NCBI RefSeq assembly: GCF_001194135.2
Contig: NC_068982.1
Location: 113,013,321 to 113,077,320, forward strand
Reading direction: 5' to 3'
DNA from: Octopus bimaculoides
Lineage: Eukaryota
Length of the DNA stretch: 64,000 nt
Below, piece by piece: positions 27,241-40,733 of the stretch (within the stretch, counting starts at the first letter, position 1; the number at the start of each line of letters is the position of its first letter). Both the position numbers and the translations under genes were made by a program. The notes under the pieces were generated by a model, which was not told the origin of the DNA, did not search any database, and saw only the letters and a list, made by a program, of their open reading frames with translations.

Positions 27241-28331
27241 TACTAGATATGGGTTGAAATCCATAGCTGCACACATTCTCTTTAGATATTGTGACGTACA
27301 GACGAAAGAACTAAGCCTCAGACTTATCGATTACACCAGTCTGTGAGTCCCTACAATTAATACGAATACTACTCTTATTTATTTGACTATTCTATCAAAA
27401 TTACTAGGAATTAAGATGAACAACCCACATTCACGTTTTGCAGCAGAACTATAACAGGAATTTCTCAAAGTAGGATAAATTATTTTGCAGTCAGGAAGAG
27501 GAAAGAAAAGTCGACGAACATTTCGTGCAAAATCATTTATTCCATTTTACGAACTTCCTGTAGTATCTATTTGTCGGGGAGAACATTACAAGTATCCTAA
27601 TGCTTCATTTAAATAGAACAGATATTATGTTAGTAGCTTGCATATGATCATGGGAAATATTGATTTCGTTTGCTTCTTTTCAATGTAAGTTGAATATTTT
27701 ACTGTAACCATTATCACTTCATCTCCTATGTACCGTGTGAAACAATGAATTCTTTTAACCAACAAAAGGAAAATGGCTTCTCAATTGAGTTGGCACAGAA
27801 ATTTTCTCTATTGTATCGGTTGTGATATTGGTGATAAAATTATACAAAATGCTATTGAAGCCAAATATGCTAATTAATGAATATGCGATATTGAACACCA
27901 TAACATCAATTTGAGATAGAAAAGAGCAACGTGCCAACCGACGCGGATTGAACCATGTAACCATCGCTTGCCGGTATTTATGCTTACTAATATCCACTAC
28001 ACTTAACTTATATCACTGAATTCACTATTTAATGAACTTGGCCATACAATTCAACTACATTCAATTAGCATCAATTCAGAAACTTGCAACACGTTAGTCA
28101 GTGGAAGAACCACTGCGAGAATCTGCTTGCTCGCTTGAACCACTAGAACTAACAGCCAAAACTCAGATCACACTGAGGGAATATTGCGTAGCTTAGTTCT
28201 AGAAACCGACGTGATGATGTTATCAAGTAAACGTATGCCTTAGGTCTTGGTGTGCTTGATATCAACAATTTCAAATCAAACGATACGTTTTTCATTAAAT
28301 GCCATCATAAACGCCATTAAATGCCATCATA

Positions 28332-28456
28332 GGCGCAGGCGTGGCTGTGTGGTAAGACGTTTGCTTTCGGACCACATGGTTCCGGGCTCAGTCCCACTGC
28401 GTAGCACCTTAGGCAAGTGTCTTCTGCTATAGCCTCGGGTTGACCAAAACCTTGTG
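28332..28456 (+). mobile_element. SINE head (major family), well preserved
   Basis: GGCGCAGGCGTGGCTGTGTGGTAAG...GGTTCCGGGCTCAGTCCCACTGCGTAGCACCTTAGGCAAGTGTCTTC with A/B-box-like motifs. Confidence 0.85.
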
Positions 28457-28548
28457 AGAAATATTAGTATGAGTAAACTTTCTTAAGCACCATACGGTAA
28501 TTGTTTTGGATACATTTACTTGAGTTTACTTTGATAATCATGTTAGTA

Positions 28549-28589
<41 letters not shown>

Positions 28590-28784
28590 ATAACTTCTAT
28601 CCTTAAATCTTAGAATATCTGGTCCACCACACTTTAATTGAAATTACCCATAAATAAATTTGTAGTATTCCCTAGACCATTACCAGCTCACACTTTTACC
28701 TACGGACCTCGTAGCCCCAAGAATGGTAGATTATATCCTTCTAATATATTGGGCTTCTAGACTTCGTTTCTAGGCCATGTTTTG

Positions 28785-28890
28785 TTTCCTATTCCTTCTA
28801 CCCTGGGGTTGATTTGTTCAACTAAAAAACCTTTAAGGTTTTGCTCCAGCATGGCTGCAGTCAAATGACTGAAACAAGTAAAAGAACAAA
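28785..28890 (+). mobile_element. SINE 3' tail fragment
   Basis: GGGGTTGATTTGTTCAACTAAA...GCTCCAGCATGGCTGCAGTCAAATGACTGAAACAAGTAAAAGA. Confidence 0.8.
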
Positions 28891-29484
28891 AGAATAAGCT
28901 TTTTATTTATAGAGAATCCTTAAATAATATTCTGAGGGGAGATACATGCATTCATGCATAGTGGCTGTAGAATTATTGATGAGTATGTCGATCGCTGACA
29001 AATAATCTTATCCTACATGCTAAAAATAATGGCTATCAGCCATGCTGTGCTAAAATTTAATGTCAATAACACTTTTTGGGTAACCCTGGACTTCTCTGTT
29101 CATTTAATAAACATTGATACTGACTTTACCAAGTGACAGACTTTCTTCATAGTAATATTAGCAGATTCTAACGCCATCTATACCGTATAATAGAAACAAG
29201 CATGAGCAAGACCTCTGGTTTTGCAACAAGGCGGATGTTGTTTAGAAACTGCCCTCTCCTAGAGTGGCATCTAAGCAAAGACTGTTTTCTCACTCCCAGA
29301 TGACTGATACCCGTTGAATCTACTGAGTCCATCCGTCCTTTGTCTAAACCTGCAACCCTATTGGGCCAGTTTTTGGTAAAGAGAGTGGCTTTCATTGAAC
29401 ACACTGCAGGACGAAAAACATGCATACACGCAAGGATGCATACATACACATACATGTATGTGTCCATTTTATATATATATATTC

Positions 29485-29682
29485 TTTTATTATTTTACTT
29501 AACTTGCTTTAGTCATTTAACTGCGAACATAACTCAGTCGTAGCTGTGTGGTAAGAAACTTGCTTCACAGCCACATTGTTCCGGCTTCAAACCCATTGCG
29601 TAACACTTTGGGAAAGTGTTTTCTCGGGTCAACTAAAGCATATTGAGTTGATTTATTAGTCGGAATTTAAAACAGGCCCCTC

Positions 29683-29690
<8 letters not shown>
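29485..29690. mobile_element. SINE tail fragment (minus) abutting a SINE head fragment (plus)
   Basis: TTTTACTT..TTGCTTTAGTCATTT followed by GTAGCTGTGTGGTAAGAAACTTGCTTC...GTTCCGGCTTCAAACCC. Confidence 0.65.
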
Positions 29691-29728
<38 letters not shown>

Positions 29729-29906
29729 NNNNNNNNNNNNNNNNNNNNNNNNNNNNNNNNNNNNNNNNNNNNNNNNNNNNNNNNNNNNNNNNNNNNNNNN
29801 NNNNNNNNNNNNNNNNNNNNNNNNNNNNNNNNNNNNNNNNNNNNNNNNNNNNNNNNNNNNNNNNNNNNNNNNNNNNNNNNNNNNNNNNNNNNNNNNNNNN
29901 NNNNNN
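29729..29906. other. Assembly gap (N run)
   Basis: Direct reading. Confidence 1.
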
Positions 29907-30028
29907 TTAAAAAATAAGTTCTGGGTTCGATTTATTTGACTAAAATGCCTCATGGTGATGCCACAACATGGCGGCTGTGTAATGGCTGAAACAAGTTAAA
30001 GAAAGAATAAAACTATATATCTATATGA

Positions 30029-30082
<54 letters not shown>

Positions 30083-32769
30083 ACTCATGTTTTGAGTTCT
30101 ATCTCTCCCACTTGTAGTACCAAGCGTGCGCATACACGTACATATATATCTGTGTATGTGCGCGCGCGCGTGCGTGTTTGTGTATGTGTGCGGGAATGGC
30201 ATGTGTGTATGTGTGTATACATCTATATGTACACGGGTACATATTTGTGTGTGTCTGTATGTATGGATGGATGGAAGATGATGCTCAGTATACTTCTACA
30301 AATGCAATGCTTGGACACATGGCCAATGTTACTTGTTAAAGTTATATATCCTCAGCTAAGCAATCACACAAAACTTCATCAGGACTAAGCCTGTTTTGAA
30401 GAAATATTCTACTAATAACATCGATTACTTCTTTTTACTCAGAGACATGTAAGTTGTTGCTCTTGATGAATCTGTGCAGTCTCCTGAAATACCCAAAGTT
30501 CAATTACTGCTTTCTCAGATTACAATATACAACTCGACTGCCAATCTCCAATGGTTAACACCTTATTCTCCATTCATTCTTCAGGCAGTCCGCTACCAAA
30601 ACTTAATACTTGAGACTCTTCTATCCTCTTCTCTCATGGCACAGTTACTTCTTGTAGGGCTAGGAGATTTGTTACTCTGAAAAACCAAGATAATATCTCA
30701 TCTCAGCAAGGGTTGGGTGATGTGCGCTGGAGCATTCATGTCAATTCTTCCATACTTCTGGTTGAAATATTAAAGATTGTTCTTATGCTTTAGAAAATGG
30801 GCTCGCCGGATTATTGTTTGTACCTGATTGAATATCTGAAATAATGTATAATAAACGCTGACCGCAGCTAAATGTATTGAGTGACATTATTCGAACTAAA
30901 AACTGTAATGTGTATCGATTACAAATTTGAAAGTGAATACATCTAATAATTTGGTTCCATTTCGTCAAATAATCTGCTGACTTCTGCAGAGAGTTTATTT
31001 GCATAGTAGATTGATTAAACCTTGCCATTAGCTTCTGAAATTAGAGACGCAATATTTTCATAATAGTAGAAATTATGAAAACCACAGAAGATGCAAATAA
31101 CAAGCTTTCAGGAAAATTAAATGTGCAATCAGTAATGTAAATTGCAATTTAATGATCTTAAATTATAATTTGCTCAAAGCAACATTCTATCAACAAATGG
31201 CGAAACAAGAACTAATCGACAAGCCTTTATAACAAATATTTTAATGATCTTAACCATACAAAGAACTTATTACATTTCAGTCAAAGACTTCCATTCCTAA
31301 CAAGTTATCATATATTATGTGTCTAATACATCGACCTGTTTCCTATAAATTTCATTCTTACTCCTGAATATTTAGTAGGATACTGAAATTAACTGTCGGT
31401 AGTATAAATGAGACATCGATATAAGCAGACAGACACTTGCATAACAGATTTTTGTGGAAGTTGATAATGTAATGCGCAAGTATCTGCTAGTTTGCATGTT
31501 CGTATCCTTTAAAGATTGTGTATATGATCAACTTAATTCAAGTTAAAACCCAACAGTTTATCTAAAGATAACAGCCCTTAAATATACTTTCAAATGTAGT
31601 GAGGTACTTTATGATTGAAAACTATTTTGATAGATAGAAATCAGACGTTGGTACGGGAGGAATTCCACCCAAATTATTTGCTTTAAATACATTACACGAA
31701 ACCGAACTTTGGCTACATCCAAAAGAGTTCAGATATTTCTGATTCATTCATTTGTATATTTCAGCGTTTTAATGCTGACTGTGCTGGATTACGAAGTGGT
31801 TACATATTTAGATAAAGAATTCCACAGTTTTCATTCCTATTATTGTTGGTTTTAAGTCCCAGGTAAACCCTGATCAAGTATAACTACCCCATCTTTTTAC
31901 TCGTTATATTACATTATACGATACGACCTTTCCTTTTTGAAGGTGTAATTTGGAAGAAATTCGGTTACCGTTTTTGACAGATGAATTAATGATGTAGGGG
32001 ATCCTTGGTGGGAAAGTCCTTCAGTTTTTTTAAAATTCACTTTTACAGAGCAAGTAGTTTTAACGTGTCTGAAACATTGTTGGGTATGCTTTCTACCCTA
32101 GACTTTGAATTAACAGTACCGGGCTTGTTTAAATGACCCCGAATATGTTTTATGAAAACATCACAACAGGAAACATTTGTGTGGAGCTGTGTATTTGTTG
32201 ATAAAACTTTATGATACAATCATAGAATTTTTGTATAAGAACAATAAAATTACATTCTTAATTCACGTGACGTGAATAGTTTTGATTAACACAAATATTC
32301 AAGTGTCAACAATGATTAATCAAATATCAAATTTCTTATATTTACAACAAATAAATCATTAATTTTATAAAGATCAAGACTCTGATAAAATTGAAATGTG
32401 AATGAGTGGTCAGAAATTAAATATTAAACCAATTGTAAATAAACATCAATGTAATATGATTGATTGTTTGCTAACGAGGAAGAGAGAGAGTGTATGAAGA
32501 AGAGAAGACACAGCAGAGAGAGAAGGTGGAAATATGACGTTAGAAGCTGCTAATTTTATTAGAAAGTCTGTCACTTGGTCAAGTCAAAATCAATGTTTAT
32601 TAAATGAACAGTGAAGTCCAGAGTTACACAAAATATTTTTTTAATTCATTAATCTAATAATACTAAACAACATATGTAAGCTGTTCTGACTGAAACAATC
32701 TAAATAGGTTACGTATGAATCATAAATATCCTGCATTCGATTACACAATCGAATAACTTAAACCAATAA

Positions 32770-32945
32770 AACATAATACACAAAAGAGTGTTCAAAGGCT
32801 CCTGCCTTCAAGGTATGGTGAAAGGCCTAGTTAAGAGCCCAAACTTCCAAGTATTTTTACTGGGCTTAGAAAAACTGAAATACCGCCGCAATAAATGTAT
32901 GAAACTTAGAGAGGAATATGTTAAGAAAAGCATAATTAACTCATA
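32770..32945 (+). mobile_element. mariner transposase C-terminal fragment
   Basis: 'FTGLEKLKYRRNKCMKLREEYV' matches the mariner ending (GI.KL..RW.KC....G.YVE). Confidence 0.6.
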
Positions 32946-33113
32946 CTCCTGATACCCAAAACCAGAAACTCTTCATCGTCTGCTCGCATATATGTATATG
33001 TTTATGTATATATATTAAGGATGAACATCCAAATCTACAGTTTCACAGTATACAATATATAAATATATAATTTAGAGAAAAGAACCAAAGTTCATGAACT
33101 CATCCATGAAAAT

Positions 33114-33151
<38 letters not shown>

Positions 33152-34015
33152 CGCGTGTGCGTATAATTGCTGTTAAAGATGACAACAAAGGTTAAGGCAA
33201 GGCAAACATTTCGGCTATAACCTTGGAGCCCTACTAATCCCTTACAGCACTTACCTAGCGTACCTAGTCGTTTAAATCACTTGTGAACTAAGCCGCCATA
33301 TTTTATATATATAGATATATATATATAAGCATAAGCGCCTGTTCGCCTGTTCGTCTGTACATATCTTTTGCAGAAATATTTGGGTTAACGATATACATAT
33401 ATACATATCGGGAAGAAATTCGGTAAAACGGTGTGCTCTATATAAATTATTCTGCTATGTTTAAAAAATCAACTACCATGTTGCTCGTGCATCTCATTTT
33501 TATTCCCTTAATCATAAATGCAGTGCATCCGTGATGGGCTCATTGGAAACGTATATTCATTGACACTGTCGTCTGAAAATACATTTTTTTATTATGTAAA
33601 TTATTGCGAAATTATATAACGCATGTTACAAAGAATATTTATTATAAATAGCACACGTAAATCTCTCTGTAGCATATTTAAGAATTTTTTCACGAACGCC
33701 AACACTTCGTTTTGAGTAAATGCATGAGTATCGGTAGCAGATGTTGAACTGGAGCATTCATTATTTACAGTTACTAAGTTTACAATGGATAACATACTTT
33801 CAGGAAGCCTTTAATAAGTAATGCTCTAAAACAGTGGTTTCTAATGACTAAGTGAAAACAAAATAAGAGTTATGAGATAGACAGGAACGTTTTTGCATTT
33901 GAGTTTGTTAAATAATAAGGCACTAAAAGAGAACGACTCTCCCTAGACCTAGACACAATATATATATATATGTGTGTGTGTGTGTGTATACATACATACA
34001 CATATATATATACAT

Positions 34016-34113
<98 letters not shown>

Positions 34114-34299
34114 GTATATATGAATGTGTGTATGCGTGCATGTATGTATGTACGTATGTACGTATGTATGTACCCATTTTTTCTTCTGTTTACCCGATAG
34201 ATTGTGTCCAGGTGTCATCGTACAAATGGAAATCATAAATTGTGTAAGATACAACTTTAGCATTATCAATGCAAGCACAACCAAAATCTAAGTAATTAT

Positions 34300-35090
34300 T
34301 TATTATAATGCCAATGAAGATATGATCATTGTATGAGTGGATGTGTATATTTGTACTGGTCTTGTGTAGTTTACCTATATGTTGAAAACTTTGGCAGTTC
34401 GAAAAGACACACCTGATGATAATCTGAATCGATCCAGAAATTATTATAATCTGTTAATTGTTTTGTTGGGCTTTTGCAAAAGTTCGGTTGGGTGCTTGCT
34501 TTCAGAATAGACCATTTTTATCAGCATTGGACCCTACTCTCTCAACCAACTCTAGTGCTTTCAAATGTCCAGATCTGTTCACAACTGTCCCTTCTTTGTA
34601 CGCATCAATGTCCTACATGCCACGAAGATCAACAGCCCCATTAATTCCGCCCTGAACTTTTCTATCAGTAAATCCTTGACAGGGTGCCTAGTCACCACAC
34701 GATAAATCTATGCTAACTCCTAAAAGTGAAAATTTGTGTGCATACTTCAGTGTGGCTGTGCTAATGTTGTCTCTTATAGGAACCAAAAATCTCGAGCACT
34801 ATTCATATCAAGAGACAATATTGCACCACATATTCTAAACAGTAGTAGCATCAAATGCTATGCCGCACTACCACTGAGATGTCACTCGCTGAAAACAATT
34901 GCTAGGCGAAGCTAGGACTGATTTCCAGAGACTAGTTCCTTTTTTTAAACCGAATATAATTCCGCTCCCAATAACTGTTGACATTCTATTTTGGGTCACT
35001 GAAGAAGACGGTTGGAGAATTAGAAACATTGCGATTGGAAGGCGAGAATCAAGGTGAAGGTATCTAAAACCCATTTTCATAATTTAAAAT
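34300..35090 (-). mobile_element. pogo/Tigger transposase fragment, decayed
   Basis: Minus-strand 'GSNADKNGLF*KQAPNRTF' matches the pogo/Tigger FNADETGLFWK..P.RT motif. Boundaries approximate. Confidence 0.55.
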
Positions 35091-35414
35091 ATGTCCTCTT
35101 CCAACAAATATACATCTCTTGATTTATTTTACCGTATTTGCTTTTATATGAAGCATTTTAATAAACGGTTCAGTCGCGTGCTCCCCTGAAGAACTAATAG
35201 CTGGACACTAGAAATAGTTATGTTACTTTCACTTCAACAAATGTTGACCTTTGTGCAGAAAGAAATTATATGTTGTTAAACTCAAGCTCGGAGTATGAAC
35301 TTTTTAGCTTCATTATTGTTATGGAAAATGTATAACAGAAATAAAAAGAAAACGTAGCTTGTTTTTTATTGTATTGGTCATCACAATCGTCTTTTTAAAA
35401 TTGTAACTGAATTC

Positions 35415-35674
35415 NNNNNNNNNNNNNNNNNNNNNNNNNNNNNNNNNNNNNNNNNNNNNNNNNNNNNNNNNNNNNNNNNNNNNNNNNNNNNNNNNNNNNN
35501 NNNNNNNNNNNNNNNNNNNNNNNNNNNNNNNNNNNNNNNNNNNNNNNNNNNNNNNNNNNNNNNNNNNNNNNNNNNNNNNNNNNNNNNNNNNNNNNNNNNN
35601 NNNNNNNNNNNNNNNNNNNNNNNNNNNNNNNNNNNNNNNNNNNNNNNNNNNNNNNNNNNNNNNNNNNNNNNNNN
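35415..35674. other. Assembly gap (N run)
   Basis: Direct reading. Confidence 1.
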
Positions 35675-37769
35675 ATATATATATATATATATATATATAC
35701 ATACATATATATATATATATACACACACATACATATATACATATACTCAACAGAACCACCGATAGTATATAACGCACCATCATTCGCATAGTCATTATTC
35801 TGGTTTCTAGAAAATATAGTATATGTATTTGTCAAAGTGAAACTATATCAAGAGATCCTGAACAAAATAGAATCTTAATTAATAGAACTGAAAGGAAAAC
35901 GAATGTGCAGTGATGCGATTTCCCAGAACTGGTTACCTTTTTAACATTCGTCTCTCCCTTCTCCAAACTGACATTCACAATTAAGCTCGCTTATTAATTT
36001 GATTATCGTAATTGCCAAATGCTCGCACAATTTCTATCACGCTTAGTTGGTTTCCAATAAGTCTTTTCATCTGAAACGATTGTTTGCCATCAAGGGCTCT
36101 ATGCTCCTTCCAATATTTAGTGAAAGAGGTTGATCCGAGCAGAAAATACGAATCTATTCTTTGTATTAGATGCATCATTCACTTTAATGATTTTTTTTGT
36201 CTGTTGAATGGTTGATTATGGAAGTTCTGCTATACATGTAATTGGAACCAGTGTGTGGATCAGAATTATTGGAAGATCATAACATATTAATATACAAAAT
36301 GATGTCACATGAGACTTTTTATTTTATAATTCTCATGATACCAAGTTCCCAAAAATTACTAGTCTATTGAAGGGTTCTTGGTGTTTTTTTTCTGTAATTA
36401 AATTACTCTCAATCAAAATGACAGTGCAGATAGTGAAATATAAAATTGTAGGTATATTTGTGAGTCGTATCATAAGCTGGTAATTTCATTTTAGATTGAA
36501 CAGGCACCAAGTGCATCAGAAATATTCATTATTATGACTTTTGTTTTTTATCTTAGATAATATTCGTAAGACAACAACGTATCTTTTCTAACCCAACTGA
36601 AATAATAATTTCATCTTCTTATTGAATAATGAAAGCAAAATGTATCGCCCATAACACTTTACAGGGTCTCCAAGATTGGTAAAATGTTGGCCAGAAGAAA
36701 CAACCTCTAGAACGTACGAAAACCGTGTGAAGCATAAGGTGGTGCTACGCAACTGACACCGGATTAAGTCTATAAACCAAGTAAGTCATGTTAGTATTTG
36801 GCCTCAAAACAGCAAAAAACACTCCATAACATTCTGTTCCATGCCCTAACTGTTCAATCAGTCAACTGCTCCTGAAAGAAAGGAGCCATAATATATATTT
36901 TGCCCCAGTCCCTAATCACCAAGCCAATGCTCCGTTATTTCAGCATAGTATAATGTTTTGTCAAAAATACGGGAATTATGAGCCCATATGTTAGAGATGT
37001 TAATGCGACAATTCAATATTATTTACATCTTTCTACGAGAGTAAAGCGAAGTGAATAGCGACATAAACCATATTTTGTTTTCGGAACAATATATTCTAAA
37101 TGATGTTAAATTCAGCCTAAAATAGTTTCCGGTAGATTAATCAGCGATATCGAGCGATCGATAAATAGACATCTTGATACTATCAAATACGAAGAGAGAA
37201 AATAAAGCATCATTTTGAAAAAGTTATTAGCTAAGTGTCTATTAGATACAACACAAGACCGAAGTCAGTATGCATGCACATACATACACACATACACACA
37301 TACACAAACGTATGAGTATGTATGTATTAATGTATGTATGTATGTATGTATATATGTATGTATGTATTTGTGGGTGTATGTATGTGTGTATGTATGTATG
37401 TATGTATGCATGTATTGGTTCTTGAAGTATGAAATATTTGTACTCTAACATCTTGCCATTATTTTATCCTGTTAAAAATATTATTAGAGGAGGATATCGG
37501 ATGAAATTTCATGGCATTATTTATCAACAACTCAGCATATGTTCCAATGACATTGCATATTCTTCGTATCAAAACTCCTGGATTCTTATTTGCTAACAGA
37601 CGGAGAAATATTTACGCAGGTTACGTAGACGAAATCGTAAACGATTGAGTATGCCTCATAAGATGTCTTTCTTTACTGGTTCAGAAAATAGCTTTGTTGA
37701 GTTTGTTTTAAATACATCTGTGTTAAAAGAAATTAGTACTAATTCTACTGTCAGAATTAAGTGTTAAGC

Positions 37770-38480
37770 CAGGATTATTGGCAGTATTATAATCAGTATT
37801 GTTAGTAGGTGTTATCTTCAAGGTACTATCAACTTCACAGTTGGAATTACCTTCACCTTAATTATCAAAATCTATTTTAGGAAAATTATCATTAGGGTTT
37901 ATCTCACAATAGTGTTTATCTTATGGTTCTCTCTTATATTTAATTGCTTTTAATTAGTCCTTAGAAATATAGGAGCGTAGGCGCCCATGCTAACAGAATA
38001 GCTGCTGTTTTATTTGTAAAACTTGCGATTCTCTTTACCATTAATTATTCTTCTATAGTCGGTTCGAGCTATTGGGCTACCATAATGTAAGGTTGCCTTC
38101 ATAAATGTTATTGCAACATAAAATATGCTCTTCACCTTTATGACAGACAAATGATTCATAGCAATGATAAGGCGTGAAAAGGTTGTGTGGTCAAAGAGTT
38201 CCCTTTGCAACCTTGGTGGGTCCAGTTTCAGTTTCATCACTTGGTAGATTAGACAGATAGTTTCTACTATTGTAGACCAATGCTTTGCAAGTTATTAGAT
38301 CTGCCAGTGCTGTCAGCAGAACGGACAAGTTTTCTTTGTATATGGTGGGAATTGTATCATTGTCTGCTCTTTGTAAGTAATTGTAGTTTATTATGTATCC
38401 AGGAAATCTTGTCTGATCAAAGAATGATACAGAATATACAATGATATTGTTCCTCTTTTCCTGTTGGTTATCTGGCGACA
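37770..38480 (-). mobile_element. Unclassified interspersed repeat, homologous to 41500-42300 (probable retroelement ORF remnant)
   Basis: AAGGTACTATCAA.TTCACAG.TGGA.TTACCTTCACCT.A..TATCAAAA..TATTT.AGGA.AA.TTATCATTAG..TTTATCTCA.AAT is shared by both loci. Confidence 0.55.
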
Positions 38481-40050
38481 GTAGGTGCTCTACGTCTATG
38501 CGTGCGTACTTTTTTTTAGTGTGTTTTGTGAATTTTGCAAGTATATTTCTTATAAGGTGTAGTATTTTAGTCTTGTGAGAATGTTAATACTTGGTTATAT
38601 TTTTTGATTTTCTGTTTAGTGCTCTTGAAAATAGAAACATTTGCAGTTGTAATTATTATTGCTTTTGATTTTTTTCTTCTTGATTCTATTATGTTGTTGT
38701 TCTTTCTTGTTGCTGTTACTGTAGTCTTGGCCCAAAGTGGTGCATGCATCTACTCGAGAATATATAAGCACGTAAATTATTAGGCAAAAAGCATGCTACA
38801 TTCTATCAATTTATCTTCAATTCCGAAACACATATACACACATACACACACACGCACGCACTCACATACAAACACACACAAACTTATACACATGCCAATG
38901 AATAGAACTAGTTATATAGACACCTGCGTGCATATATATATTCATATTGTTAATTATTCTGTGATGATATACGTATTCCTGTGTATGTGGGTCACTAGTT
39001 GTGAGTGTGTTCTTGGGAAACTACGTCACTCACGAGAAGCGTATTTTTAAAGTTTAGATTATATAAATAGACAGAAGAAGCTCCCACCCAACCAGAGACA
39101 AAAAATCCTTAATTTTGAATGCTTTTTCACTTGAATCACTGACGTAGAAGTTAAGAATTAATTATCCTCTGATTGCCACTTTGTCCAGAATCAATGATGA
39201 AAAATACCATAAATCAAAACTGGCTCGATGCATTTATTCCAATTCAACGAAATCCCACTTGATAAGATAGAAGAAATGTAAATTTTCTGTTTGAATTTTG
39301 AAAGACACCCCTCCCTTTAATTTATTACATTGTATACAAAATAAGCAGGCTTCATCAACGGTATCATTATAATTGAATGTGATTTTCTTAATTCTACGTT
39401 CCCTTTAGTTTCTTCAAAGACAGTCGATTGAAAGAATGGTGTTTGTAAATTGTATTGTTATGGTAATTTACAGTGATTTCCTTTTGTTTCTCAATTATAC
39501 AGCAGACCTCTTTCTCTTGTGTCAATTTACTATTCAGTAGCTACATTGTTAAATGCTCTTACTGCACTTGGGCCATAGTTTAACAAAGAGACGTTTGTCA
39601 GCAATATCACCATTGTTTTTACATTTGCAATTATTCTCATCATCAACACTAATAAAATCATCAGCCATTGTAAACAATTGTAAGAATAATATTTATAGTA
39701 GCATTAGGCGGGTATAGTTTGAACACAATAGACCACCGAAGTAAATGCAGCCCTGTATTATGTACAGTACTTTACTGAAGATGTCTGAGTTCAATATTCC
39801 CTGTGTCGACTTTGAAATCAGCCTAGCTCGTACATTAAAGGAACTGATTTATGTAGTGAAAATTAGATGAAATGGATTGATTCCTAAAGTTGCAGAACAT
39901 TAAAAGACAATGCAGAGCAATAGTGGAATGTTAGTTTATATATGACAATGTTTTCGCCTCCCAAAATGTTCAAATAGATATATAAGTGATATATATGTGT
40001 ATGTATGTATGTATGTATGTATATATGTATATACATACAAATATATATGC

Positions 40051-40092
<42 letters not shown>

Positions 40093-40129
40093 NNNNNNNN
40101 NNNNNNNNNNNNNNNNNNNNNNNNNNNNN
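40093..40129. other. Assembly gap (N run)
   Basis: Direct reading. Confidence 1.
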
Positions 40130-40179
40130 ATATTATGCAAATAGAGGAATTTATCTGTAAAAATATGTCACTTATTCAG

Positions 40180-40253
40180 TAGCCATGATAAAACTCCGAG
40201 TTTCGGATGCCAGGGTGGGAGCCATCGCCAACATCTCTTCAGTTATCCGGCCA
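40180..40253 (-). ncRNA. Type I minimal hammerhead ribozyme-like motif (Penelope-type), one nucleotide off canonical
   Basis: Minus strand reads GGCCGGAUAA-CUGAAGA-GAUGUUGG...CUGGCAUC-C-GAAA-CUCGGAG-UU^-UUAUCAUGGCU. Stems I and II can form, stem III is a near-palindrome, and the cleavage triplet is GUU. Confidence 0.65.
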
Positions 40254-40325
40254 ATATTGGTTTAATCATGGCTACTGAATAAGTGTCACGTATTTTTACA
40301 GATATATATATATATATATATATTT

Positions 40326-40672
40326 TGCTTCTCAACCATTTTCGGGTTCAGTCCCACTGTGTGGCACCTTGGGCAACTGTCTTCTAGTATAGCCTCGAGC
40401 TGACCTAAGTCTTGTGTGTGCGTGTGTTTATGTGTGCGCGCGCGCACGTACGTGTGTGTGTATGTGTAGTGTGTCTGTGCTTGTGCCCCTACTATCTCCT
40501 GACAACCGATGTTGGTGTGTTTACGTTCTTTGACTTAGGGGTCTGGCAACTGATACCGATAGAATAAGTACTAAGCTTACAAAGAATAAGTCCTGAGGTC
40601 GATTTGTCCGACTAAATACGGAGGTCCAACATGGCCGTAGTCAAATGATTGAAAGAAGTAAAAGAATAAAAG
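40326..40672 (+). mobile_element. tRNA-derived SINE, major family, 5'-truncated
   Basis: GGGTTCAGTCCCACTGTGTGGCACCTTGGGCAA...GATACCGATAGAATAAGTACTAAGCTTACAAAGAATAAGTCCTGAGGTCGATTTG. Confidence 0.85.
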
Positions 40673-40697
40673 GATATGTGTGTGTGTGTGAGTGTGT

Positions 40698-40733
<36 letters not shown>

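Noticed and set aside
35183-35225. CTGAAGAACTA...TAGAAATAG as a hammerhead
   Set aside because: Stem II lacks the closing G-C pair, and there is no stem I or valid NUH triplet.
36665-36780. AG...GTAAGT-bounded segment as a coding exon
   Set aside because: All three frames contain stops; it could only be a non-coding exon, for which I have no evidence.
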